Origin: Candidatus Micrarchaeota archaeon
GTDB lineage: Archaea > Micrarchaeota > Micrarchaeia > Norongarragalinales > Norongarragalinaceae
Length of the DNA: 64,000 nt
Reading direction: 5' to 3'
Assembly (NCBI GenBank): GCA_016188965.1
Contig: JACPGT010000013.1
Span: forward strand, 116,609-180,608
Numbering within the stretch: the first letter of the stretch is position 1; every line of letters begins with the position of its first letter. Positions 8,964 to 18,700 of the stretch are shown here, in pieces. A program made the position numbers and the translations under genes. Under the pieces are notes generated by a model. The model was not told the DNA's origin, ran no database searches, and was given only the letters and a program-made list of their open reading frames with translations.

Positions 8964-9791
8964 ATGCAACGGCTGAACGGTTTTGAGCGGGAACTTTTGG
9001 AAAAAGAGCAGCGTGCCCAGCCTCAACTGCGGGAATTCAAACAGACCGTGGCCGGCCACGTCCGGGATGAGATGCGGGGACAGCACACGTACGATTTTGA
9101 ATTGCGTGCCGGCGTTCACGGACAGGAAACGGCATTTGATGTAACACACGTTAACGAAGCCTCGGCCAACGCATATCGCGGACGCATCAACGCCGCGATC
9201 AAAAAATACGAACAGGCTCTTGCTGATGCTGGCTGGAACGTAACGACTGAGCACCGGAAGTACGAGTCCGAAGTTGCGGGGCCAGTGCACCACACCATCC
9301 TGCGCATGAGCGCATATGGAACCGCCAGGCCCAGCAACGCACCGGCTGAGTTCGGGCAGGACCTTCACGAAACGGCCCAGAAGTCCCAGAAACGATCCTC
9401 TCGGCCGAGCATTCCAGCGGTGTTGCGCGACTTGGAGTTGTTCCAGCAGCGCGTGCAGCGTGCAATCAAAGCCGCGAACAAAAGTCTCGGCGCATATGGG
9501 CCGCTTGGAACTGGTAAAAAATTCAATATAGGTATCTTGACTCAGAACAGCAGAGAGGCGGCCTTACTACACCGACGGATTTCGGACATCGCGGCTCACC
9601 ACCAGTCATCATTGAACGCCGCGGGGTGGAGAGTAAAACTTACGCCCTGGAAGTTTACGGGAAAAGCTGTTTGGTTGGACATTGAACATGCAAGAGCCAA
9701 GCCATGGCACTGGCTTCCGGCCGCCCAGCCGGAAGGCCTGCGCAAAGCGCTCAGCGAAATCAAGCAAACTGTAATTCCAGATTCCCGATAA
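8964..9791 (+). CDS. Hypothetical protein with internal duplication
   Basis: Purine-rich SD-like sequence upstream; repeated ..AGW.V motif (ALADAGWNVT / SLNAAGWRVK). Confidence 0.6.
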   Translation: MQRLNGFERELLEKEQRAQPQLREFKQTVAGHVRDEMRGQHTYDFELRAGVHGQETAFDVTHVNEASANAYRGRINAAIKKYEQALADAGWNVTTEHRKYESEVAGPVHHTILRMSAYGTARPSNAPAEFGQDLHETAQKSQKRSSRPSIPAVLRDLELFQQRVQRAIKAANKSLGAYGPLGTGKKFNIGILTQNSREAALLHRRISDIAAHHQSSLNAAGWRVKLTPWKFTGKAVWLDIEHARAKPWHWLPAAQPEGLRKALSEIKQTVIPDSR

Positions 9792-9893
9792 GCCGTGACA
9801 ACTGGAATGAATCGCGAGCGGACGCTTGGAGTTTAGAAAAAGCCGCTTTTCGAACGCAGCACTCCGAAAAGCGAATTGTCCAAAGGGGCGGTT

Positions 9894-10331
9894 TCAGGCG
9901 AATCGCAGCAGCGACACGGAGAGGGCTTCCTTGCCGCGCTGGGGCGGCAGGCTGGCCAAGGCGTGCGAGTAGATGGCGGGGAAGTTTTCGAAGGCCTGCG
10001 TCAGGCTCGGCAAGCGGGATTGCTTTTCAAGATATGCGCCGACTTTCTTGCGGATGCCGCGGTCGTCGCCCAACGCGATGAGCAAGGTGACGACCAGGGA
10101 GTGCAGGGCGGGCAGCTTGGCGTGTTTGGCGAAGTTGGCGTCGCGGATGGATTGGAAGAACGCCTTGAGGAACGCCTGGGCGTCGCGGTACATGGCGGCT
10201 GTGGCCTTGAAGGGCTTCTTGAGGTACTTGGTCTTGGATAAAAGTTCCATCTGGGCGATTAGGCGCGAGCGGACCAGCGGGTTTTCGGACCAGTGCTTGA
10301 TTTTCTTGGATAAATCGGAACTCAACGACAT
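9894..10331 (-). CDS. Hypothetical basic helical protein
   Basis: GAGGTGA SD; starts 25 nt after the upstream gene; codon usage like neighbouring genes. Confidence 0.7.
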   Translation of the reverse strand: MSLSSDLSKKIKHWSENPLVRSRLIAQMELLSKTKYLKKPFKATAAMYRDAQAFLKAFFQSIRDANFAKHAKLPALHSLVVTLLIALGDDRGIRKKVGAYLEKQSRLPSLTQAFENFPAIYSHALASLPPQRGKEALSVSLLRFA

Positions 10332-10356
10332 GTACGGGTTTCACCTCAATTCGACA

Positions 10357-13122
10357 TCAATGTAAGCGGACCGTGCGGCGCTCCATCACGCGGGCGGCAT
10401 GTTCGTACGGCATCGCGGAACCGTATTCATGGATGGGGGCACGTTCTCCGCCGGCGTGGCCGTACACGCCGCTTTCGGCCAAGGCGCGGCTGACGGCGCC
10501 GGGCAGGTGTTCGTAGGGGGCTCCGGACATCGACGGGTGGGCCATCATGCCGGCCAGGCCGTGCAGAGCTTGTTTGTTGGCGGAAAAGTAGGATTCGTAC
10601 GTGCCGTGTTCTTCGTGGCCCAGGGCGTAAGGCGCAGGAAAGTGGCCGCGTTCGACCAAGCGGTCCAACGCACGGCCGACGAGTTTGCGTGCCTTGCGGG
10701 AGCTGCGGATGGCCGGCTGTTCCAAGGACTGTGGCAATTCGGATTGGTATGGCGTGGCCGTTTCCGCTTGGGGGGCCGGCGCTCCGTAGGCGTGGGCGTC
10801 TTGGGGGCCCATGTGTTCGTAGCCTTCTTCGTGTTCGTACGGCTCGCCATGTCCGTAGGGTTCTTCGTGCCCGTAGGGGTGTTCCGCTTCCGGCTCGTGC
10901 GCGCCGTAAGGCGCTTGCTCTTCCGACGGCTTGCCTTGTTCTCGGGGCCCGTATTTTTTCATCCATTCGGCAGCGTAGTGGCCCATCCATTCATGCATGT
11001 GGTCTTGCATCTGGCCCCAGTGGAATTGGGGTGCGAAGTTGAATTGCGGCGCGAACATGTTGTACATCGGAGGCATGGCGGCGTGCGGATATCCTACTCC
11101 GGCAAAAGCGTGGGCGCTGGCGTACGCGTGGGCGTCGTGGAATCCGGGACCGAAGGCCACGGGGGCCGCGTGTCCGAACGCCATGGGGCCGAACATGCCC
11201 GCTCCGGCGGCTGCCACGGGCGCCATGGGCATGCCGTGGCCGGCGTATGCGGAAGCGTGAGCATACGCTCCCGGAAACATCATTGGGCCAAAGCCTGCGT
11301 GGGCGGAAGCGTGGGCGAAAGCGCCTGGGTACATGGCGGGTCCATATCCGGCGTAAGCCGATGCGTGGGCAAAGGCACCGGGAAACATGACCGGCGCGGC
11401 GTGGCCCAAGATCATCGGGTGCGGCACGCCGGGGGCGATGTGCGGGTTGTAGTGGAAAGGCGCGTAGTTGAATTGGCCCATGAAGATGGGTCCGAACTGG
11501 GGGTGGAATCCGGCAATGGGAGCGGGCCGCTCAAACGGGGTAGGCCGGGTCTTGGAACGCCGGGGCGTACGCCGAACCGGTTCTTCCGCGGGCTTCGGAA
11601 TCTCGTAGGACGGCTCGATGACGCCGGGTTCTTCATTCGCCGTGTACGGAGTTTCGTACGGAGTGTCCCCGGTTCCGTAAGGGTCTTCGTAGGGTTCGAC
11701 GATTCCTTCGTGTCCGGGCGGCAGTTGGATTCCGGGAAGCGTCTTGGGATCGGCGCCGGTCAGCAGACCTAAGATGGCGGCCCAACCCGGATGCACGGGG
11801 CTTCCGGCAGCGGCCAAGGCGGCTTGGTTTTTCAATTCACCCAACAAGGGGCCGGCATTGCCCCAGTCGACGTGGGCCGTGACGCTTTTGACAAAGGGGC
11901 TGTATTGCGCCAATGCATGGATTTTTTGGACAAGAAGGCCTTGGTGGGCGGCGATTTGGGCAGGGGAGAGGGAGTCCATGGAGCCGAATTGTGTGTGGGC
12001 GCCTTTAGTCAGAAAGCCGGCGGCCAATTGCGGGTCGATGTTGCCGCGGCTGAGGATGCCTTGCAGGTGGATTTTGTTGCCGACCATGGCCGCGCCGGTC
12101 TGCGTGTCCAGCCGGATGTTGAGGTTTTCGTGGATGGACTGGAATAATTCATTGTGCTGCTGTACGGCGTTGCGTAGCGCATCGATCTGGGCTTGCTGCG
12201 CGCCGTGGCCCAACTGCCCGTCGGCATATCCGGCCAGTCCCATGGCCAATGCGCCGCCGAGGATTTTGTTGAACGAACCGGCGGCGCCCATGTCGGCGTC
12301 TTTTTGCGCTTCCAAGATGTGGAACAGAAAGTCTTTTTCGTTCTGGGCCAGGCCGCTGGGTTCGATGATGTTCTTGGCGAACGCTTCCTCGCGGGCGCGG
12401 TTGCCTTTGAGGGATTGGTAGAAGCTCTTGCCGGAGGCGCTTCCGTTCTGTAGGAGGGTGCCGATGCCGTTGTCAACGGCGTGCGCTTCGGTATGCATGC
12501 GGTTGCGGCTCCAGTGATCGAGGAAAGCCAAGCCGAAGAGGCTGGACAATTCCGCTTTCTCGTGTTGTTCCAGTTTTTCGACTTGTCCGTTCGCGGGGTT
12601 GACCCAGCGGTCCTGGAGCGCATCCGTCAGGATGGCCCGGACGTTGTCGCGGTGCGTGTCATTGTTGACCAACGCGGTAATCTGGCCCAGGTTGATCGCA
12701 CCGCCGCCTAAACCCATGCCGGCGAACAAGGTGCGCACGGTGCTTTGGCCTTCTGAAGAGAGGTTGAGGTTGCCGTACTTGCGGGAAAGGGAGCCGCCGA
12801 GGGCGTGGTCCAGAAGTTCGGCGGAACGTTTGTGGCTGGAGATGGATGAAACGCCTTGGCCGAAGTTGATGAAGCCCTTGGCGCCCACCAAGGCGGCGGG
12901 AAGCGACCAGCCGCCGGAGAGGGCGCCTACCATGCCGAGCGCGCCGGCGTTGGCAAATGCGTTGCGGACGAAGTCGCCCATGTCGGCTTTGGGGCCGCGG
13001 GATTTGGATTTGGAAATCTTGAAGCCTTGGCGGATGTTGTCGTAGAAACGACGCCGGATGTATCCGGGTCCGCCCGGCATGTCGGCGTCATGCCCGCCGA
13101 ACCAAGAGTCCCATATGGCCAT
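10357..13122 (-). CDS. Large hypothetical protein: Gly-rich hydrophobic segments, coiled coil, His/Pro/Gly/aromatic low-complexity tail
   Basis: Long ORF with typical codon usage; TTTTTAAA box about 25-30 nt upstream of ATG 13122; PGAFAHASAYAG and PYGHEE repeats. Confidence 0.85.
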   Translation of the reverse strand: MAIWDSWFGGHDADMPGGPGYIRRRFYDNIRQGFKISKSKSRGPKADMGDFVRNAFANAGALGMVGALSGGWSLPAALVGAKGFINFGQGVSSISSHKRSAELLDHALGGSLSRKYGNLNLSSEGQSTVRTLFAGMGLGGGAINLGQITALVNNDTHRDNVRAILTDALQDRWVNPANGQVEKLEQHEKAELSSLFGLAFLDHWSRNRMHTEAHAVDNGIGTLLQNGSASGKSFYQSLKGNRAREEAFAKNIIEPSGLAQNEKDFLFHILEAQKDADMGAAGSFNKILGGALAMGLAGYADGQLGHGAQQAQIDALRNAVQQHNELFQSIHENLNIRLDTQTGAAMVGNKIHLQGILSRGNIDPQLAAGFLTKGAHTQFGSMDSLSPAQIAAHQGLLVQKIHALAQYSPFVKSVTAHVDWGNAGPLLGELKNQAALAAAGSPVHPGWAAILGLLTGADPKTLPGIQLPPGHEGIVEPYEDPYGTGDTPYETPYTANEEPGVIEPSYEIPKPAEEPVRRTPRRSKTRPTPFERPAPIAGFHPQFGPIFMGQFNYAPFHYNPHIAPGVPHPMILGHAAPVMFPGAFAHASAYAGYGPAMYPGAFAHASAHAGFGPMMFPGAYAHASAYAGHGMPMAPVAAAGAGMFGPMAFGHAAPVAFGPGFHDAHAYASAHAFAGVGYPHAAMPPMYNMFAPQFNFAPQFHWGQMQDHMHEWMGHYAAEWMKKYGPREQGKPSEEQAPYGAHEPEAEHPYGHEEPYGHGEPYEHEEGYEHMGPQDAHAYGAPAPQAETATPYQSELPQSLEQPAIRSSRKARKLVGRALDRLVERGHFPAPYALGHEEHGTYESYFSANKQALHGLAGMMAHPSMSGAPYEHLPGAVSRALAESGVYGHAGGERAPIHEYGSAMPYEHAARVMERRTVRLH
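11240..11390 (-). repeat. Three coding tandem repeats of 18 aa (54 bp)
   Basis: MFPGAFAHASAYAGYGPA / MYPGAFAHASAHAGFGPM / MFPGAYAHASAYAG. Confidence 0.85.
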
Positions 13123-13203
13123 AACCAAAGTTACCATCAAGGAGGTTTAAAAATGCTCGCGTTTATGCGGGGGCATTCGCGTGGAAAAATCAAGCGGTTG
13201 CGC

Positions 13204-14937
13204 TCAACGGTACATGCGACGCGCCAGGCTGATGAGCCGGGTGTGGACTTCGTGGTGGCTGGCGCCGGGGATGGCGGCGCTGGTGGGGCGGATGGAGTGG
13301 ATGGCGTTGCGATACTCGTTGCCGAAGCCGTCGCCGCCTTCCATGATGTGGTCGCGTACGGCATTGATGCGGCCGCCGTGTACGGCGTCGTAGGCGTTTT
13401 TCAGTCCGCCCTCTTGGAACCGGACGTGCTTCTCGAGGGCGAGTTGGTTGAATTCGGATGCGACGTAGTTGGCGCGCCGCGGGTCGGTTCCGGCGTGGTG
13501 CAGGACGCCGCGCAACAGGGCCGCATGCAGGTGTTCGGCGACGTCGGCGGGCATGGCCGGATGCGCCAACGTGCGCACCACGTCCAGCAGGTTGGCCTTG
13601 CGCCGGGACAGCGCTTCTTCGAACGTTCCGCTTAATTGCTTGTCGGAAAAACCGAAGGGGTTCAAACCGGGCAGTCGGCCTTCTTGTTTGAGCGCGTCCA
13701 ATTCGCGGCCCAATGTGGCGCGGGCCTCTTTTGACGTGAAGATGTCCTTGTGCAGGAGCACCTGCATCAGTTCGGTCGCGTGTGGAGTCCGGGGTTCGGC
13801 TACCGGCGGTGTGCGGAACGGGTCGGAAGGACGGAATGCGTCCTCATGCGTGGAACCGTATGGATGCTCGGAGGGAGCCTGGCCGGGCATGAATCCATGC
13901 AGGCCCATCTGTTGCCAGTGTTCCGGCGGCACGTGCGCCAAGTGGGGGGCAAACCACGCGTATTGCGGAGCCCAGCCCGGATGAGCGGCGCCGAGAAGCG
14001 GACCGGCGTGGCCGCCTGGAAAAACGGGTGCGCCGTGGCCCGCCGGCATCACGGGGGCGTAGGGAAACGAGTGGTACGGGCCGTGGCCGAACATGGCCGG
14101 CTCGAAGGTGGGTCCGACGTGCGGCGCTTGAGGCGAAAAATGCGAGGGATGCATGCCGGGAAACAGGTACGGTCCGGCTTCGGGGCCCAGCCACGACGGG
14201 TGGGGCACGCCGTACGGCATGGACGGGTCGAAATGCGGAGGGAAACCGTAGGGCCCATAGGGCATGGCGCCGTATGGCGATCCGCCGGGAAAACCGGGCG
14301 GTCGTCCCGTTTGCGGACCCGTCCGCTCGCCGGGTCGTTGCGAACCAGGAGTGTTCGCACCGCGTTGCGTTCCGGGCGGCCTATCCGGTTGGCGCGAAGC
14401 GTCATGCGCCTCGGAGGCGGCGTGGTTGATGAGGTTGAGGAATTGGTGGAAGGGGTTGTTGGGGTTGTACCCGTTGAGTTCGCCGTAGGCCGCTTGGCTT
14501 TGAAGATGGGTGAAGAAGGAATCCAGGTTTCCGTGCCAGTCCAGAGGCTGGCCGCGTTTGTCGCTAAGTACGCCGGCTAAGCGGGCTTTGAGGGTGGCGT
14601 GTTGGGGGTCGTTGACGAGTTGTTCGACGGCGCGGGCAAGCAGGGCGTGGTTGTCGCCGAATTTTCCGACCATGGGAAAATCGGGGTCGTAGTCTTTGTG
14701 GCCGGGAAGGAGTTTCGAGGCGGGAACGTCGTTGACCGTTGCGAAGGATTTGCCGGACGGAAGCTTGTCTAGCCGGATGCGGTGCCGGACTTGGAAGAAT
14801 GAAGCGGGCAACAGTTCAGAGTGCAGGACGGCGGGTGCTTCCTGCATTTTTGGCAAAGGGCGAGCGTGGGTCGGTCCGCCTTCGTCGAGTTCTTCCTCGC
14901 CTTCCTCCGCATGAGCATGGTCTGACATGGGTGACAT
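13204..14937 (-). CDS. Hypothetical His/Pro-rich protein, partial paralogue of 10357..13122
   Basis: Central P/G/H/F/Y low-complexity region; C-terminal A..TLGRELDAL...GTFE...AHP.M....EHL domain shared with the neighbour. Confidence 0.85.
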   Translation of the reverse strand: MSPMSDHAHAEEGEEELDEGGPTHARPLPKMQEAPAVLHSELLPASFFQVRHRIRLDKLPSGKSFATVNDVPASKLLPGHKDYDPDFPMVGKFGDNHALLARAVEQLVNDPQHATLKARLAGVLSDKRGQPLDWHGNLDSFFTHLQSQAAYGELNGYNPNNPFHQFLNLINHAASEAHDASRQPDRPPGTQRGANTPGSQRPGERTGPQTGRPPGFPGGSPYGAMPYGPYGFPPHFDPSMPYGVPHPSWLGPEAGPYLFPGMHPSHFSPQAPHVGPTFEPAMFGHGPYHSFPYAPVMPAGHGAPVFPGGHAGPLLGAAHPGWAPQYAWFAPHLAHVPPEHWQQMGLHGFMPGQAPSEHPYGSTHEDAFRPSDPFRTPPVAEPRTPHATELMQVLLHKDIFTSKEARATLGRELDALKQEGRLPGLNPFGFSDKQLSGTFEEALSRRKANLLDVVRTLAHPAMPADVAEHLHAALLRGVLHHAGTDPRRANYVASEFNQLALEKHVRFQEGGLKNAYDAVHGGRINAVRDHIMEGGDGFGNEYRNAIHSIRPTSAAIPGASHHEVHTRLISLARRMYR

Positions 14938-15138
14938 TGGGTTTGGGCGGAAATAAAAAAGAGGCGGCTTTGGGCGTTTCTTGATTTCCGGGAGGAAACG
15001 GCTGCGACCGGCATCTCGGCGGGAAGTGTTGCCGGAAAGGGAGAGCGGAGAATAAAAAGAAGGCAGTGCGGTTCCGGCGGAAAATGAAAAAAAAAAAGAG
15101 AAAAAAGTTTGGAAGAAAAGGATGTGCGTCTTTTTGAA

Positions 15139-15723
15139 TCAGGAAGTCGGCGTGGATGGGCCGCATTTCGCCGAGTAGAGGCTGTAGTCGGCGAGGGAAA
15201 TGTCGTCCTTGAGGGATTCGGGGATGGAGGCGACGAAGTACAGCGAGTAATCGCCGCAGGGCACGAGGCCTTGCACCATGTGGAGGGTTTCGCCGAATTC
15301 GTCAGGCGCGATGCGGTACTGCAAGCGGAGGATGCGGCGTCCGTCGACGGTCTGGACGGTTTCGGAATCAGGCGGGACGGCCAATTCGTCAAACGCGATG
15401 TCCTTGAGTTCTTCCAGCGTATACGTGCCGTTCACGACTTGGAAGACGAACGTCTCGGATAGGCCGGAGGGGCCGGGGGCGAAAAAAAGGGCGGTTTTGC
15501 CGTCTTCGACTTCCAACGGGTAGCCGACGGGGTAGCGGATGGAGTAGCCGCGCACGGCGTCGGTGAAAGCCAAGCTGTGCGACTCGTACTCGTCTGAATA
15601 AGAGACGGTCGTGGAAGCCGGTGAAAGCAACTCGGATGACCACGGGCCCAAGTCGGTGAAGAAGTAAGCGAACAAAACGGCGGCGGCGAACACCAGGGGT
15701 AGTGCGAGCGAGCGCAGGTTCAT
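15139..15723 (-). CDS. Membrane-anchored PsbP/DcrB-like protein
   Basis: N-terminal TM; GYSIRYPVGY, TVDGRR, YSLYF pattern; ATGA-coupled to the 3349-aa gene. Confidence 0.6.
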   Translation of the reverse strand: MNLRSLALPLVFAAAVLFAYFFTDLGPWSSELLSPASTTVSYSDEYESHSLAFTDAVRGYSIRYPVGYPLEVEDGKTALFFAPGPSGLSETFVFQVVNGTYTLEELKDIAFDELAVPPDSETVQTVDGRRILRLQYRIAPDEFGETLHMVQGLVPCGDYSLYFVASIPESLKDDISLADYSLYSAKCGPSTPTS

Positions 15724-18700
15724 GGTTTGGATCCTCCGGTCTGGCCTTTGGACAGCAGGCGGGTCAAGGCCTGGTCCGCGGCGGACAGTTTGGCGGCGCC
15801 TTCGGCGTCTTTTCCTGCCCGGAATGCGGCAATGGCCTGGTTGGCAAGGGCGATGATGGAGCGGCGGTCGGCATCGGACAGGGAATTCTTGAAACCGTCG
15901 GTGTTGACCTGGTCGATGAGGGCCTGCGCCGCTTGGATCTGCACTTGGCGGGCGGTGACTTTCGGATTCTCGGCCGCGGGCTGGTATTCCTTGAACCCGA
16001 CGGCGGGCAACGGCGCATAGTCGATGGACGAGCCGGGCGGAAGTTTCAACAGCTGGAGGTCAGCGGGCAGCAGGGGGGCTTCCTCCGGCAGGAAGATGGA
16101 GCCGATGAAGCGAGGGTCGACCAGCGCGTCGTCGTTGAATCCGACGACGAGGCCGTACGCTTGGGATTGGCCGTCGGGCCACTGCAACAAGCGGAAGCAG
16201 GTGCCCGAATTGCCGCAGAGCTTCGAGACGCTGATGACGTTGCCGGACTCGCATAAGCCGGACGCGCCCTTGATGCAGATGCTTTCGGCCGACGGCTTTC
16301 CTTTTTCGGTGTGGACGGCGATGACGTGACTGCCGCTGGAGTCGGCCGACACTTGGATCTGCACGGGCCGAAAATCGGTGTTGAACAGGAAGGCCGAAAG
16401 AAATGCCGCGAATGCGCTGGCGCCGCGGGCGAGGCGGGCGCGTCCGTCGGCGTTCAGTAGCTTGCGGGCCGCGGCTTGCTGGTCGGCCAGCGTTGCTTCC
16501 GCATCCGCCAACAACGACGGCGTCAACTTGGCGGGTTTTCCGTCGCGGTCGTACAGCTGCAAGTCGGCCAGCGCTTTGGCTTTCTGGGCAGGAGTCTTGG
16601 CGCCTTTAAGGAATCCGGTGGAGTCAAGACGGTTGGCACCGACCTCGGTAACCGACGCCACGCCTCCGAATGACGCGCCGATTTCGACGCCTTGGCGTCG
16701 GAACGCGTCGGAAAGATCGGTGAAGCTCAGCGCACCGTCTTCGAATCGTTTGACAATCGCCGCGCCGGTTTCGCCTGCGGCATTCGGGAATTTTCCGGTT
16801 TTGACGATGTCGTTGATGGCCGGCGCCAAACCAGTGCCCACGTCGGCAGATTGGATGAGTTGCAGGTAGCGGCTTTCCTTCTTCAATTGATCCAATAGGA
16901 CCTTGTTCTGCGCCGCGGTGCGTTTGCCTAAAGCGGTAACCACGTCAGCATCCGGAGCCGTATCCGGCAGGCTCAATTTTGTGCGCAAGAGTACGCCTGC
17001 TTCTTTTTCCAACGGCTCGAGGGCTTCGCCCATGAGGTTGGTCCGCATCGCGTTGCTGGAATGGATTAGAAACTTGGCGCCGCTGCCTTTTTCACTCGTG
17101 ACAATCAGGAATTTGGATTTCTCACCCGTAAGCTGTTCCAGCAGATACTCCTGGTTGGCCGCGGTCTGGAAGTAGTTCAGTCGGTCCAATTCAGCCATGC
17201 ATCCGGCGGGATTGCCACTGCAGCGGGTGAGCACACCCGCTGGAATCTTGTTCGTGGACCCTTTCAGTACTTCAAAAGTCTGGGGGCCGAATTCCGGCGA
17301 CTGCATCAGGGCCGAAAAAGTGGAGCGAAGGCGCGCCGTCAACGCATCGCCTTGCAAGCTGGCGGGGCCGGCGAGGCCCAGGTTTTCGACGAAGAACTGG
17401 CGGGCGGCAACGGGGTTTTCCTTGATTAGGTTGGTGGAAACCATGGCGTAACCTTGCTTGACTTTCGCCGGGTCCTTGCTGCCGATGAGGGCCGCGGCTG
17501 CCTTCTTGTCATCCGGCGACAGAAGCGCCATGCCGTGGAACAACGCATTGCTGAACGCATTTTCAGGTTTTCCGTTTCCGGCGTCATAGAACGCGCGGAC
17601 GGCTTGTTCCGTGGTGCGGCGGCCTTGCGCGCCGAAGAAGCCTTGGGCGGCAAAGGAGCTGGTCGCGGCTTGTATGTTCTTGCGATACGACTCGCCGGGC
17701 ATGAGGTTGATCATGTAGGAGCGGGCCGCGACTCCGCCGCTGTAGACTTTGTTGGGGGATAAGCCTTGACGCAGGACTAAAGTGATGGGAACAACTGGCG
17801 GCGTGGCGGTGACGTCGGGGCCGGCCAGATTCTCCAGGTACGCGACCGTCGCGCCGCCGACGATGCTCTGCAGGGCGAACGAGCCGACGGCGGAGCGCAT
17901 GGCGGTTCCTGTCAGGGTCGAACCGAGGGTCGTCGTGGACGTGGCGCGGAGCAACTGGGCTTCGGCGGCCAGGGGCTTCCAACCGCCGAAGAACGGATTG
18001 GCCATTTCGACCATGCCGGCTAATACCGACGAAGTGCAGGCTTCCAGGGCGCGGCAGGACAAGACGCTTCGGCCTTGGAAATATTCGGCCACGGCGCCGG
18101 CGCCGCAGCCGGATGCGGCGGTGATGAGGCGGTAGTTGGTGATGAAGGAGCGGACTCCGACGAGAAAGGAGGATCCGCCGGTGGCCGTGACGGAGGCGGG
18201 GTTGGCCGCTGCGATGGCTTGGAGGAGCGCCAGGCCCGTGACGGTGAGGCCCAACTTCGTCAGGACGGGTCCTCCGGTGCGCCAGCAGAAGTTCGCGTTC
18301 TCGTACGGAATGGCAGGACAGGGCTTGTCTTCGAATCCGGGTTTGTTGCAGTACTTGATTTTCGCGTCTTTGGCGTTGGCGCCGAACGCGGAGGCGTACG
18401 TCATCTTGACGGCGAGGGCGTCCTTGTCGTTGGCGTCCGAGCCGTACGTACCTAGCACGCCTTGGCGGAGGCGGCCCACGCTTTCCAGCATGGCGGCGAC
18501 TTTGCCTTTGTCGCCGGAGTTGACGGCGGATTGCGCCAAGCCGCCGACGGCGTTGAGCGTGTTCCAGGAAAAGACTTGCTTGACGGCGCCGATGACGCTG
18601 CCGGTGCCCAACTGGTTGCCGGCGTACGACACGGGCGTGTCGGCCGTCAGAAGCGCCGCGTTGGCCAAGTTGACGGGGCATTCCTGGAGTTTTTCGACGT

